From positions 187,781 through 251,780 of the IMG/VR virus record IMGVR_UViG_3300049048_000052: DNA of 64,000 nucleotides; one strand, given 5' to 3'. The position numbers and the translations under genes were made by a program. The notes beneath the pieces are model-generated. The model was not told where the DNA came from. It did no database searches and saw only the letters and a program-made list of their open reading frames with translations. Of this stretch, positions 16,527 to 26,293 are shown in pieces. The stretch's first letter is position 1. Each line of letters opens with the position of its first letter.

Positions 16527-19500
16527 TTCATCATTAGATGGGCCGTAGAAGGATCAAAAGCCTTATTAATTAAGTATTGTTTAGCTGTTGACTCTAAATC
16601 ATTGTCAACAGCTTTTTGTTTGCCTACACTCACGTCCTCTTCCTTCTTATTGACTTTTAGACCCTGTTTAATGATGGGTTTATTACCAGTTTGTACCTGA
16701 GCATTAAAGTTAGTGCTATCTTCAGATCTAGATGTAACTGATTGTTTGGGTATACTTATACTAAACTCTTGATTCCTTCTAGCGGTTGTGGATGTTATTA
16801 AGGCATTAACCTCAGCTAAATTACTAATGATACCGGCATCCTCAAGTTGCCTCATAGACTTAACATCCTTAACTAATATCTTGATATTAATATCGGATGT
16901 ATTCTTAAGAACCTGAACAGCCTGGGCTGCTAGGGTCTCCTCGAATCTCCTCTCAGAGGCCTGTATATCCTTATAGTTATTAGCAGACTTAGCCATAGTA
17001 CGCCACATATAACGACCTACTATGGATTGGTTATAGTACTGAGCCCTTATCTCAAATTCCCTGGATATAGTACTATCAGCCATAAAGTTCATAGGTCTGA
17101 TGTTACCAAGGTTACGTGACCATAGATCCTTATATGGGCTGTCACTAACTGCTTGACCGTATAAACTTGGACTAGTAAATAAAGCAGCAGTTTGTTTCCC
17201 AGTAGGATCTGCAGCTCCTTGCAACAATGTCTTATACTCTGCATCTATAACCTGCTGTGCTGTCCCTATCATAAAGGGTGAACCTGGATGGGAGAAGCCA
17301 TATCTAGGTTGCTCGGTTATGCTATTAGGGGAGGAGGCTATCATTGCACCAATAGGCACACTACCTATCTTCCATGCGCTAACTACTCTACTAATGGTAG
17401 TGGCAACATTAGCTATTGCATCTGGGAACATTAGGCCCAAGACTCCACCTACTCCAGCAGCAGCAAGACCTATAATACCCACCGCAGCCCAACCACCTAC
17501 AGCACCAAAAGCTAATAGTCCAACTCCAAATGCAGCCCCCGCTAGTCCGGTACCTACCGCCATAGTGGCCCCTGCCTTACCCCTATCTCCTGCTATCATA
17601 TGACTGACTGAGGGTAAGGCCTCACCAAAGAGGTAACCTACTCCATCGCTTACAGCATAGTAGCTATCACCTATAAACTTAGTGAAGCTCTTATAACCTG
17701 ACGTGTTGCTAGCCTTATCCATAGCAGGCGCTACAAACTTCTTCCATAGTGCTATACCCCCCGCTGTAATAGCTGCTGCGCCTAGTAATCCGAGTATTAC
17801 TAATCCCACAGGAGGAATTGTTACACCCGTGGCAGCTGCTGTAGCACCGGTACCCGCTGCAGCACCACCTATAGTCAAACCCCCCGCCGCAAGTATGCCT
17901 GCCCACCAGGTACTTATTGCGGTCATAGCCTTACCTATTCCTAATGTAGCTAGGTAGCCCAGACCTATAGATGCAGTTACATTAGTAACCGTACTACCTG
18001 CTTCGTTTCTTATCAAAGCTAATTGGGATCTACTAATGTTAGGGTTATCTTGGGCGGCAGCTAAACGGCTAAAGCTTGAGAATATATCAAAGGCTTGGAA
18101 CGTATCGGTTATCAAACCTATTACGTTGACCAGTTCAAATAGGCCACCACCCCAACCAGCCTTAGCCTTTATAGACTTACTAAGTGTTCCTCCCCTAACT
18201 ATCTCAGCAGGATCAGATACTTTTACTGTTGTTGAGGTAGATATGGTACCTTTATTAGCCTTAGGTCTAACTGTAGATGACATAACGTTACCTGCAAATT
18301 TGATAACGTTCTCTATCTCCCCTTGTAGTGCTTGAGAATAATCAATGGAAACTACTCTACCCAGACCTCCTATATTATTTATTAGGTTACCAAAGGCAGG
18401 GGACTTAGTTACTTCCTGTAAGACCTTCTCCGTAAGTACTTTTATACTTGTGGTCTGGTCAGCATTCATAGAGTGGATGAGTTGTTGCTCTATCCTGTCA
18501 GACCAACCAAAGAAGCCCCCTCCTCTTACTTCCCTTTGGAGTACATCCTCTACAGTCTTTTCTAGAGACTTCTTAAGTTCCTCCTTAGCACCAACTAACT
18601 GAGGCATAGCCTTCTCTAGATCCTGTGGGGTATCTAATCTAAGATTAGGATCACTAAGATCTAGGTCAGGATTAAGTAGGGCTACTAATCTTACTTTCTT
18701 ACCATTTATATCTACTTGGATATCTGTAATAGCCTCAAAGTAATTATCTACTAACTTGTTAAGTTGTTCTCTATACTCTACTCTAAGCTTATCTATATAT
18801 TCAGATCTAGAGTCTCCTATAGAGGGTGCCTGCTCAGCTAACTTCTGATTAACCGTAGTCCTCATATTATCCAGGAAGCTCTTATCCGCATCAGCACCAT
18901 ACATCTTACCCATATAAGAGTTCTGTATGGCTACCTCCATCTGAGCCATAGCATCATTGATAGCCTTAATATTAGATAGATCCCTTGTTGACCGACCAGT
19001 CAGTAAGGTGTTATTCATCTGGAAGTATCTGGAACCCTTATGCACAATTAGCTTTGGTCTACCACCTTCCTCCATAACAGATCCATATAAACCTCTCTGT
19101 TGTCTAACTGTAAAGGAGTAGGGTGAGTCTGGGGCTCCTCTTGTGCCTCCCTTGGTATACCAAGGCTCATTCAGTAGTCTGTCAACTTCCTGTTGAAGTT
19201 GATTAAATTGCCTCCTGGCATTCATAGTGGTTAACATAGACATTCCCATAGTACCAACAGCGGCACCTAGGAATACGTAGAGTGGATACTGTAGGGGTCC
19301 TATACTAGAGGCTACCATAGAGAGTCCATAGGCGAATCCTGAAGGTATAAAGGATCCTTGACCGTTATCATCGCTAGGGACAAATGGACTATACATATCA
19401 GCCCATTGGCTAGGATCTGATACATAGGTAGGCAGGCCTCTTAATCTACCTGTCTTAGCATCCTTCTCAAAGAACTTAGCGCTAACAATCTTAATGTCTC

Positions 19501-22500
19501 TAGTAACATTACCAAAACTATCATTAAATATCTTATATAGATTCTCTCTATTACCATTCATCATATCCATAATGATGCCGACGGCGTCCTTATGGTTCAT
19601 AGCCCTTATTAGCATGTCACTTACCAAGGACTGACTAGGCTGGAAACTCATATGGGCCGTCATCTTACTTCTGTAATCTATAGCCCCGGCCACTAAGTCG
19701 TCACCACCTATAAGACCTAATACAGACTCATCTACCTTACTAATCTTCCTTCTCTCCTTGAGAGGCTGAAGATGAGCGGTAACGCTCATAAGATTAACGG
19801 CTGCCTTCCTAAGATCCTTCTCAGCTAACTTGGATAGACCGCTCTCAGAGTTGGCAGCATTAGATACTGCCTTTAGGGCTTTTATAGTATTGATAGCTAG
19901 ATCATTATTACCCGCGAATGATTCCTTGAATAGGAAAGCAGCAGACATAGAATAGACTGCGGTAGATATATCCTGACCGGCGGATTGCATCTGAATATAC
20001 ATACTATTTCTAGTACCATACTCACCAGTCCTGAATGTCACACCAAATAGGTTGTAGAAGTTAAGGAAGGCATTGGGTTCGTCTAGGATAAATAAACTAC
20101 TTATATCCTTCCATATCTTGTTGGCACCTGAGTTTCTATCAGGTCCCTTAACTAGTTTCCTGTACTTAACTGGAGAAGCAGATAGACCGAATGAGCTGCC
20201 AGGTACCATAGGGGTGGGTAAGGGGCCCATACGTTCTATACTTCTATCCTGACCGGTTACTAATCTGAATGTGTCTGCTAATATAGAACCTAGATATTGT
20301 AAGGGTTTAATACCCGTATTGAAGCCAGTCTCTAGACCATCGAATATATTATTTATGGCCTCCCTATTCTGACCGCCACCAGTTAATAGGGCTGCAGTGG
20401 TTGCCGTGCCTAATCCTAACCAAGCTAGACTCCTAATGGCCCTCCTACTTAGTAATGTAGGTCTTACCCTTCTGTTAACAGCGCCAGCCTTTCTAGCTAA
20501 TGAGGATAGACCCTCTCCCACATTAGGATCGTTATGATCACCCCTTATAATCTTTATGAGGGCATCCTTATCTCCATCAGTGGCAAGATTAAATACTTGC
20601 TCTCCACTGTCTACCTTCATGGCATTGGTCTTAGCCATCTGTTGAGATATCCTATGGATATCCGCATCAGCCTTGGCATCAGGACTATTGGCGACCTCAT
20701 GCATTCTAGATGCCATATCTATAATATATGCACTATCCTGAGCCAGTGCTCTTTCATGTAGCTTCAACCACCAATGTCTAAGAGCCTGGACTCCTTTTGG
20801 TCCCGCAGGGGTATTCTTAGTCTTCTCTAGTATATTGGCATATGCATCTAGGGTATCTGCATTTGACATACCCATCTTACCCATGCCATAGGTGATGGAT
20901 GTCATAGTGGCAGCATACATACTCATGACGCTGAGTCTATAAACTATATCCTCCCTACCATCATACTTGTCCATATCCCTAGAATAGCCAAAGTTAGGAT
21001 CTGTAATGGCATAGGCTATACCGGCAAATAGACCAAAGACCTTGGCTCTACCACTATGTCTCAAGTTATATATAGGCTTACCCATTCTGTTCCAGAGAAA
21101 GCTACCAGTAGATGCTACGGTCCTCTGTAAATGAGTGGGCATCCTGTTGTACATACCTCTAGCAGATAGACGGGCTAGTCTAGCTGCACTAGGTATAAGA
21201 TTCTTAGATAGTTCGAATACTTCTGGGCCTAATATGGTCAGGGCTGGTCCTACAGTAAAGGTTCCTAATAGGCCGCCCATAGTTATGTCAGCAGGATCCT
21301 TACGACCTAATAAGGCTGCGCCAGTACTTCCTAGTATGGAACCTACGTACATGCCCACCATACCTTTGAGGGCCAAAGACTTAAATAACTGGGCCTGTGT
21401 TGGGGCTTTAAAGACGGGAAGGCTCTTATTCATAGCATTAGCTATACCTCCGTAAACCCCCAGGTCAGCAACCGCCATACCCCTAACTATACGATAGGCT
21501 GTTGCCGGTATAGCCTCAGCAGCCCTAGTCCCATACCTTATAATCCTATTGGCTGTCTCATAGGATTTAGTAATGGAAGTCATGCTTATCATGCCAGGTT
21601 TGTAGCTACCAGATGGTCCTAGCTTGCTGTCTATAAGATTACTCAACATCTGGCCCACCGCTACAGTTAGGGTAGCAGTGCCTGTCAGTAGACCTACACT
21701 CTGTATGAAATCTATGGTGTTTGACTGTTCATTATATGCAACACCTAAGCCAAACATACCCCCACCCCTATATATCTTTATAGGTAGTTGGGTACTAATG
21801 GACACACCAAATATAGGGGCGGATTGGATACCTACAGAATAATAACTAGTTCCACCTTTGCTATTATCAGGCGCTCCATTAGGTAAAGTAGGACGACCCT
21901 TAATAGTCTCTGCTAAGAAGAACTGTATAAATGGTAGGGGTGACTGTTTAGCTATAACTTGTACAGTTGGGCCCATTCTATCTTGGTCTAATGCAGGTAG
22001 TACCTTTGATAGTTCACCGCCGTAGAATGCCGCCATTAACTCCAGGTTAGAGGGTCTTTGACCACTATCTAGTCTCTCCTTAACTAACCTCTTGAAGTTA
22101 GCTATCTGGCTAATGGCGCTAGCCATAGCAGGATCTACCCTATGCATTCCAGTACCAACATCGGTCAATCTAATACCGATTGCATTGGTTATAAATCCTA
22201 AGGCCCCTCCAGCTAGAGCACCTAGTATTATACCTCTACCACTCTTGGTTAGAGACCCTAGACCTGCAGCCCCTGCTGCACCAAATATAAGAGGATCAAG
22301 ACTACCCCTGCCACCCTCCTGGAAGAGACTACTGCTAGTAGATGTCCAGTTCCTAGAGAGCTGCAATAAACCTGCAGTAGCACTACGAGCCCCTTGGGTG
22401 GCTAACATACCTACACCAAAGACAATAGCAGTATTCCTGTTGATATCACCCATCATACGTATGACAGGTTTCTCATAGGTTATAGCCCCGTTAATAGCTA

Positions 22501-25408
22501 CCTTACGGAATAACTGGAAACTCCTAGTTACCTTATCTCCGTCCATCATGGCTAAATGGAATACGCCTGCTACACCTTTGGCGGCACCTTGCATATCCTC
22601 ATCACTTATCAGCTTAAAGCCTATATTACCTTTAGTAACCTTAAGCAGGGCCTCGACAGCCTCACCCTTAATAGAATAGGGAACAGTCACTGGTCTCCTC
22701 ATACCATGGGCAACATGTCTAGCCAGCATGAGCATACCCCCAGCATAGGCAGAGCTAACTAAAACGTTAGATGCCATCTCACTAGGAAATATGCTTATAG
22801 TCGGTAAGAAACGACCTGCCGTGAACTCAGGTGCTAGTCCATACTGACCTGTTGTGACTGAGGCTGCTATCTGGGTAAATATAGAGGCTCCACCTGATGA
22901 CTGGAATAGCTCATTACCTACTATGGCTATATCTAGAGCGAGGATGGCATACATAGCTATCTTGGCCTTTGATCTGGATAGACTAGGTTCGGAACCTATT
23001 CCAGGCCTTAGCAGATCCCCTGCAGTACTTGCGGTCATCTGCATTATCTTAGACTCTGCTATCCTTTCAGATAACTTAGATACAGTGTCTACCTCATAGC
23101 CATGTCCCTTAAGGAAATCCTCATATTCAATCATGGCATCGAATAGTTGGGTAGGTAATGCATCTAGCTTGAACGCTTTAACTACTCTAACGTCTCCGTT
23201 GTCACTCCATTCTAGGTTAGTGGCCCCTCCACTTATTAGGGATTCCTCTGCAGCTCTAAATGCAGATGTTACCCTATTAAGTTTCTTAGCGACTGCAGCC
23301 TGAGTATTAACCCTAGCAGTTCCCTCTACAGCCGCCATTTGAATGGCCCTAAATAGACCTTTAGCTTTTCTATGTATAGCAGAGCCTACATTATCGCTAC
23401 CTGTGCCCGGCATGACCTCAGTCTTAGAGAACATACCACCTAATCCATTGGCACCCAAGAACACCTTCTGCATGTAGTCAGTTGCCTGGGCAAAAGATAG
23501 TATGTTGCCAACCATTAAAGGCTTAGCCCCTGATTCGTCTATACCTCCAAATATCCTCCAATTAAGGGGATTAAGTGGTACTGCATCAAGGACACCCTGT
23601 AATGCTCTAGCTACATTCTGCTGTCTCTCAGCACCTACGTTAGTAAGCATGATGACAGCCTCATCCTTACCTATAGTCTTAGCTAGCTTGGGATCCTGCA
23701 GAGCATCGTATAAGTCCTGAAGATTACCGAACTTATTGTTATGTACCTGTAGACCTACAGGTCTACCAACCTCTGCTATAAGTTTATCTATAGCATCAAC
23801 AAATGTTCTGGAATCCTCACTACCTGCCCTATAAGGATTTATGTGCTCTACTAGGAACGGTTTGACTATGGTACTGAGTAATATCTCAGCCCTCTTTCTA
23901 AAGAAGGCTGAGTTAGCATGATAGGGAGTTAAACTAAATGAACTTATATCATAGAATTCTTTATTACTACCTTGAAGGTCTATTAGTCTTTTAACTACAG
24001 AGGCCTTGAGGGATGTACCATCCTTTTCACCCCAATGTTCTAGACCTAACCCCAGGTTAGCTGCGGCCCTTCTTCTAAGTGCTTCTGGCATAGTAGGACC
24101 ATCACTAGCAAATGCCAGGTCAAGAAGATCCTGTGTCTGGTTCTTGAAGCTCTCCCCTAATATAAGGTTTAAGGGTTCCCCCACTGCCAGGTAGAGGGAT
24201 ACTGCTGCTGCAGAGCTTAATGCTAAGTTAGTACTAAAGCCTAATAAGCTCTCAAAGAATCCAGCCTTAGGTTCTTTATATGAAGCACCCCTAGACATAT
24301 CCTCTGATAACTTAGCAGAGTCACTCCTAGGATCTGTGTAATAAAGATAGGTCTTATCTAGTACTCTACCTATAGCGCCTGTGAGGGATGGTAGGAATCC
24401 TAGTTCATCTTTATACAATCTACCTAAGCCCACAGGCATAAACCAGTGTTCATTAAGCCACATACCCAGGCCGGGTGTTGTAAGCTCAACGTCAAACCTA
24501 CGAACAGCGTAGGGTGTTTGTTGTTGGACTAGATCTGTCTTCCTAGCAATAGCTATTCTATATAGGGCGCCTAGGACTGCAGTATTATCATTATTAATAA
24601 TCTCAGTAGGCATACCCCCCTGTCTCATCATATTGTTATGAAGAGCTACAGCATAGAAGTAAGAAGGGCCCATCTGTGAAGGGACTGATAGACCCCCTGT
24701 TACATTGGTGTCATCAAATAAGGTTACTAATTGAGGGTTATCTACGCCGTACTTCTGGGCTAGGTGAGTAGCATTGTAATAGGCTACCTGCCTCAGGTCT
24801 TCTCTACGAGATGTACCTAATAACTGTAGAACACCGTTCTTATATTTAACAGGATTAACATAGTTACGATTTGAGTATATGCCCACACCGTTGACTATAT
24901 TGGAGACGGCAATACCTTCCATCTCCTCTGTCATTACAGTAGGATCATAGAAAGGATCTCCCTTAAAATAAGGATGAGCATAACCTCTCTTAAGTAGTTC
25001 CTGGGATAGATCTCTACCATCCTCAGTCATTACCTTGGCAATAGGACGGCCATTGTTATCTAACCCTCTAATATAGAGGGTTACTTCCTTGCCCTCTACA
25101 AGAGACTGAGTATAATCTGTTGCTGCGGTCCCGTATGGTTGGGATCTTAGCTTATTAATCCTGCTTAATAGGTTACCATTATTCCAGAATTGAGAACCGT
25201 GAGCCGTCTCAGGTGTGTCTGCACCTGAGAGTCTAACGACTCCCTTAATATCAGGATCAGCAACGCTGAAGGTGTCGCCGTCTATTACTCTAGTAACCCT
25301 TGTTTTAACAATACGAGAAGTTCCAGTGGTGAATGAATAATTACCATTACCACTGGAACTGTCATTATTTAACAGGTTATCAAACTGTGAAGATATAACT
25401 TGAGGCAT
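16523..25408 (-). CDS. Giant 2961-aa virion protein: N-terminal thermonuclease (SNase) domain plus many Gly/Ala-rich hydrophobic helices (ejection or tape-measure-like)
   Basis: VTRVIDGDTF, VRLSGADTPET, DNNGR and ELLKRGYA; more than 12 hydrophobic glycine-zipper-like segments. Confidence 0.85.
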   Translation of the reverse strand: MPQVISSQFDNLLNNDSSSGNGNYSFTTGTSRIVKTRVTRVIDGDTFSVADPDIKGVVRLSGADTPETAHGSQFWNNGNLLSRINKLRSQPYGTAATDYTQSLVEGKEVTLYIRGLDNNGRPIAKVMTEDGRDLSQELLKRGYAHPYFKGDPFYDPTVMTEEMEGIAVSNIVNGVGIYSNRNYVNPVKYKNGVLQLLGTSRREDLRQVAYYNATHLAQKYGVDNPQLVTLFDDTNVTGGLSVPSQMGPSYFYAVALHNNMMRQGGMPTEIINNDNTAVLGALYRIAIARKTDLVQQQTPYAVRRFDVELTTPGLGMWLNEHWFMPVGLGRLYKDELGFLPSLTGAIGRVLDKTYLYYTDPRSDSAKLSEDMSRGASYKEPKAGFFESLLGFSTNLALSSAAAVSLYLAVGEPLNLILGESFKNQTQDLLDLAFASDGPTMPEALRRRAAANLGLGLEHWGEKDGTSLKASVVKRLIDLQGSNKEFYDISSFSLTPYHANSAFFRKRAEILLSTIVKPFLVEHINPYRAGSEDSRTFVDAIDKLIAEVGRPVGLQVHNNKFGNLQDLYDALQDPKLAKTIGKDEAVIMLTNVGAERQQNVARALQGVLDAVPLNPLNWRIFGGIDESGAKPLMVGNILSFAQATDYMQKVFLGANGLGGMFSKTEVMPGTGSDNVGSAIHRKAKGLFRAIQMAAVEGTARVNTQAAVAKKLNRVTSAFRAAEESLISGGATNLEWSDNGDVRVVKAFKLDALPTQLFDAMIEYEDFLKGHGYEVDTVSKLSERIAESKIMQMTASTAGDLLRPGIGSEPSLSRSKAKIAMYAILALDIAIVGNELFQSSGGASIFTQIAASVTTGQYGLAPEFTAGRFLPTISIFPSEMASNVLVSSAYAGGMLMLARHVAHGMRRPVTVPYSIKGEAVEALLKVTKGNIGFKLISDEDMQGAAKGVAGVFHLAMMDGDKVTRSFQLFRKVAINGAITYEKPVIRMMGDINRNTAIVFGVGMLATQGARSATAGLLQLSRNWTSTSSSLFQEGGRGSLDPLIFGAAGAAGLGSLTKSGRGIILGALAGGALGFITNAIGIRLTDVGTGMHRVDPAMASAISQIANFKRLVKERLDSGQRPSNLELMAAFYGGELSKVLPALDQDRMGPTVQVIAKQSPLPFIQFFLAETIKGRPTLPNGAPDNSKGGTSYYSVGIQSAPIFGVSISTQLPIKIYRGGGMFGLGVAYNEQSNTIDFIQSVGLLTGTATLTVAVGQMLSNLIDSKLGPSGSYKPGMISMTSITKSYETANRIIRYGTRAAEAIPATAYRIVRGMAVADLGVYGGIANAMNKSLPVFKAPTQAQLFKSLALKGMVGMYVGSILGSTGAALLGRKDPADITMGGLLGTFTVGPALTILGPEVFELSKNLIPSAARLARLSARGMYNRMPTHLQRTVASTGSFLWNRMGKPIYNLRHSGRAKVFGLFAGIAYAITDPNFGYSRDMDKYDGREDIVYRLSVMSMYAATMTSITYGMGKMGMSNADTLDAYANILEKTKNTPAGPKGVQALRHWWLKLHERALAQDSAYIIDMASRMHEVANSPDAKADADIHRISQQMAKTNAMKVDSGEQVFNLATDGDKDALIKIIRGDHNDPNVGEGLSSLARKAGAVNRRVRPTLLSRRAIRSLAWLGLGTATTAALLTGGGQNREAINNIFDGLETGFNTGIKPLQYLGSILADTFRLVTGQDRSIERMGPLPTPMVPGSSFGLSASPVKYRKLVKGPDRNSGANKIWKDISSLFILDEPNAFLNFYNLFGVTFRTGEYGTRNSMYIQMQSAGQDISTAVYSMSAAFLFKESFAGNNDLAINTIKALKAVSNAANSESGLSKLAEKDLRKAAVNLMSVTAHLQPLKERRKISKVDESVLGLIGGDDLVAGAIDYRSKMTAHMSFQPSQSLVSDMLIRAMNHKDAVGIIMDMMNGNRENLYKIFNDSFGNVTRDIKIVSAKFFEKDAKTGRLRGLPTYVSDPSQWADMYSPFVPSDDNGQGSFIPSGFAYGLSMVASSIGPLQYPLYVFLGAAVGTMGMSMLTTMNARRQFNQLQQEVDRLLNEPWYTKGGTRGAPDSPYSFTVRQQRGLYGSVMEEGGRPKLIVHKGSRYFQMNNTLLTGRSTRDLSNIKAINDAMAQMEVAIQNSYMGKMYGADADKSFLDNMRTTVNQKLAEQAPSIGDSRSEYIDKLRVEYREQLNKLVDNYFEAITDIQVDINGKKVRLVALLNPDLDLSDPNLRLDTPQDLEKAMPQLVGAKEELKKSLEKTVEDVLQREVRGGGFFGWSDRIEQQLIHSMNADQTTSIKVLTEKVLQEVTKSPAFGNLINNIGGLGRVVSIDYSQALQGEIENVIKFAGNVMSSTVRPKANKGTISTSTTVKVSDPAEIVRGGTLSKSIKAKAGWGGGLFELVNVIGLITDTFQAFDIFSSFSRLAAAQDNPNISRSQLALIRNEAGSTVTNVTASIGLGYLATLGIGKAMTAISTWWAGILAAGGLTIGGAAAGTGATAAATGVTIPPVGLVILGLLGAAAITAGGIALWKKFVAPAMDKASNTSGYKSFTKFIGDSYYAVSDGVGYLFGEALPSVSHMIAGDRGKAGATMAVGTGLAGAAFGVGLLAFGAVGGWAAVGIIGLAAAGVGGVLGLMFPDAIANVATTISRVVSAWKIGSVPIGAMIASSPNSITEQPRYGFSHPGSPFMIGTAQQVIDAEYKTLLQGAADPTGKQTAALFTSPSLYGQAVSDSPYKDLWSRNLGNIRPMNFMADSTISREFEIRAQYYNQSIVGRYMWRTMAKSANNYKDIQASERRFEETLAAQAVQVLKNTSDINIKILVKDVKSMRQLEDAGIISNLAEVNALITSTTARRNQEFSISIPKQSVTSRSEDSTNFNAQVQTGNKPIIKQGLKVNKKEEDVSVGKQKAVDNDLESTAKQYLINKAFDPSTAHLMMN

Positions 25409-25468
25409 GTGTCGCTACTATCCCTAATAGAAGTAAGTTAAGATGCTTACTCCCATATGTTGTAGGCG

Positions 25469-26293
25469 CTATGCTCTAGGATCAAATACACCAGGGTAAT
25501 AGCTCTGGCTGTATAGGTTATAGCTGGAGGCTTGATCTAAGAAGATTATATCCCTGAATAATGGAGGCTTAACATAGTTGATAGTATATACCTCATTTAA
25601 TAGAGGGGCCGCACCATTAAACCTAATGCCTAATTCGGTATAGACTTCCTCATTTATAGACTGAGTAATAAGGTTATCTACAACTTCCTTATACACTGTA
25701 AAGTCTTGATATATGGTGCCGTCTGAGCCTACTACTGAAACAATATCAATTATATCCAGGGGTATAGCATCATAAGTTCCGGAGCCTCTACTTATATCGA
25801 TACTACCTAACTTAGGTGATTTATGTGCATAAGAGAACCATTCTTTATAGTTGAGAGCAGCATACCCATTGCAAGAGGGGACTAGCCAATTCTCTGTCTT
25901 AATTAGCTTCTTCCTAGGTATGGTCTTATTAACATATGATGAACCCTTAACTATGGGGTACCATATCCAATATTCAACAATATAACAAGAGTTAATACCC
26001 CAACCAATAGAAGGTGTTAGGGATAGTCTTATTAGATAGCGGTTACCTGAAGATGTTGCAACCTTGTCTATAGGGTAAACCCTATCATTGTCATGTAACA
26101 TACCTAGGGAGTTGTATGTTTGAGGCGCCTTTATTCTTAAGTAGAAACGGGGTGCCATAGTAAGAATCTTAGCCCCTAACTCATTAAGAAAGAGGGGTAG
26201 ATTGGTTTGTATGGTGGTGCTAAATTCCTTAGGGTCAGATGCCTCATTAGGCACTATTAAATCTGTTATGTCTGTATATATAGGGGTCTTCAT
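25469..26293 (-). CDS. Hypothetical virion-associated protein
   Basis: ORF coupled to terL in the late arm. Confidence 0.75.
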   Translation of the reverse strand: MKTPIYTDITDLIVPNEASDPKEFSTTIQTNLPLFLNELGAKILTMAPRFYLRIKAPQTYNSLGMLHDNDRVYPIDKVATSSGNRYLIRLSLTPSIGWGINSCYIVEYWIWYPIVKGSSYVNKTIPRKKLIKTENWLVPSCNGYAALNYKEWFSYAHKSPKLGSIDISRGSGTYDAIPLDIIDIVSVVGSDGTIYQDFTVYKEVVDNLITQSINEEVYTELGIRFNGAAPLLNEVYTINYVKPPLFRDIIFLDQASSYNLYSQSYYPGVFDPRA

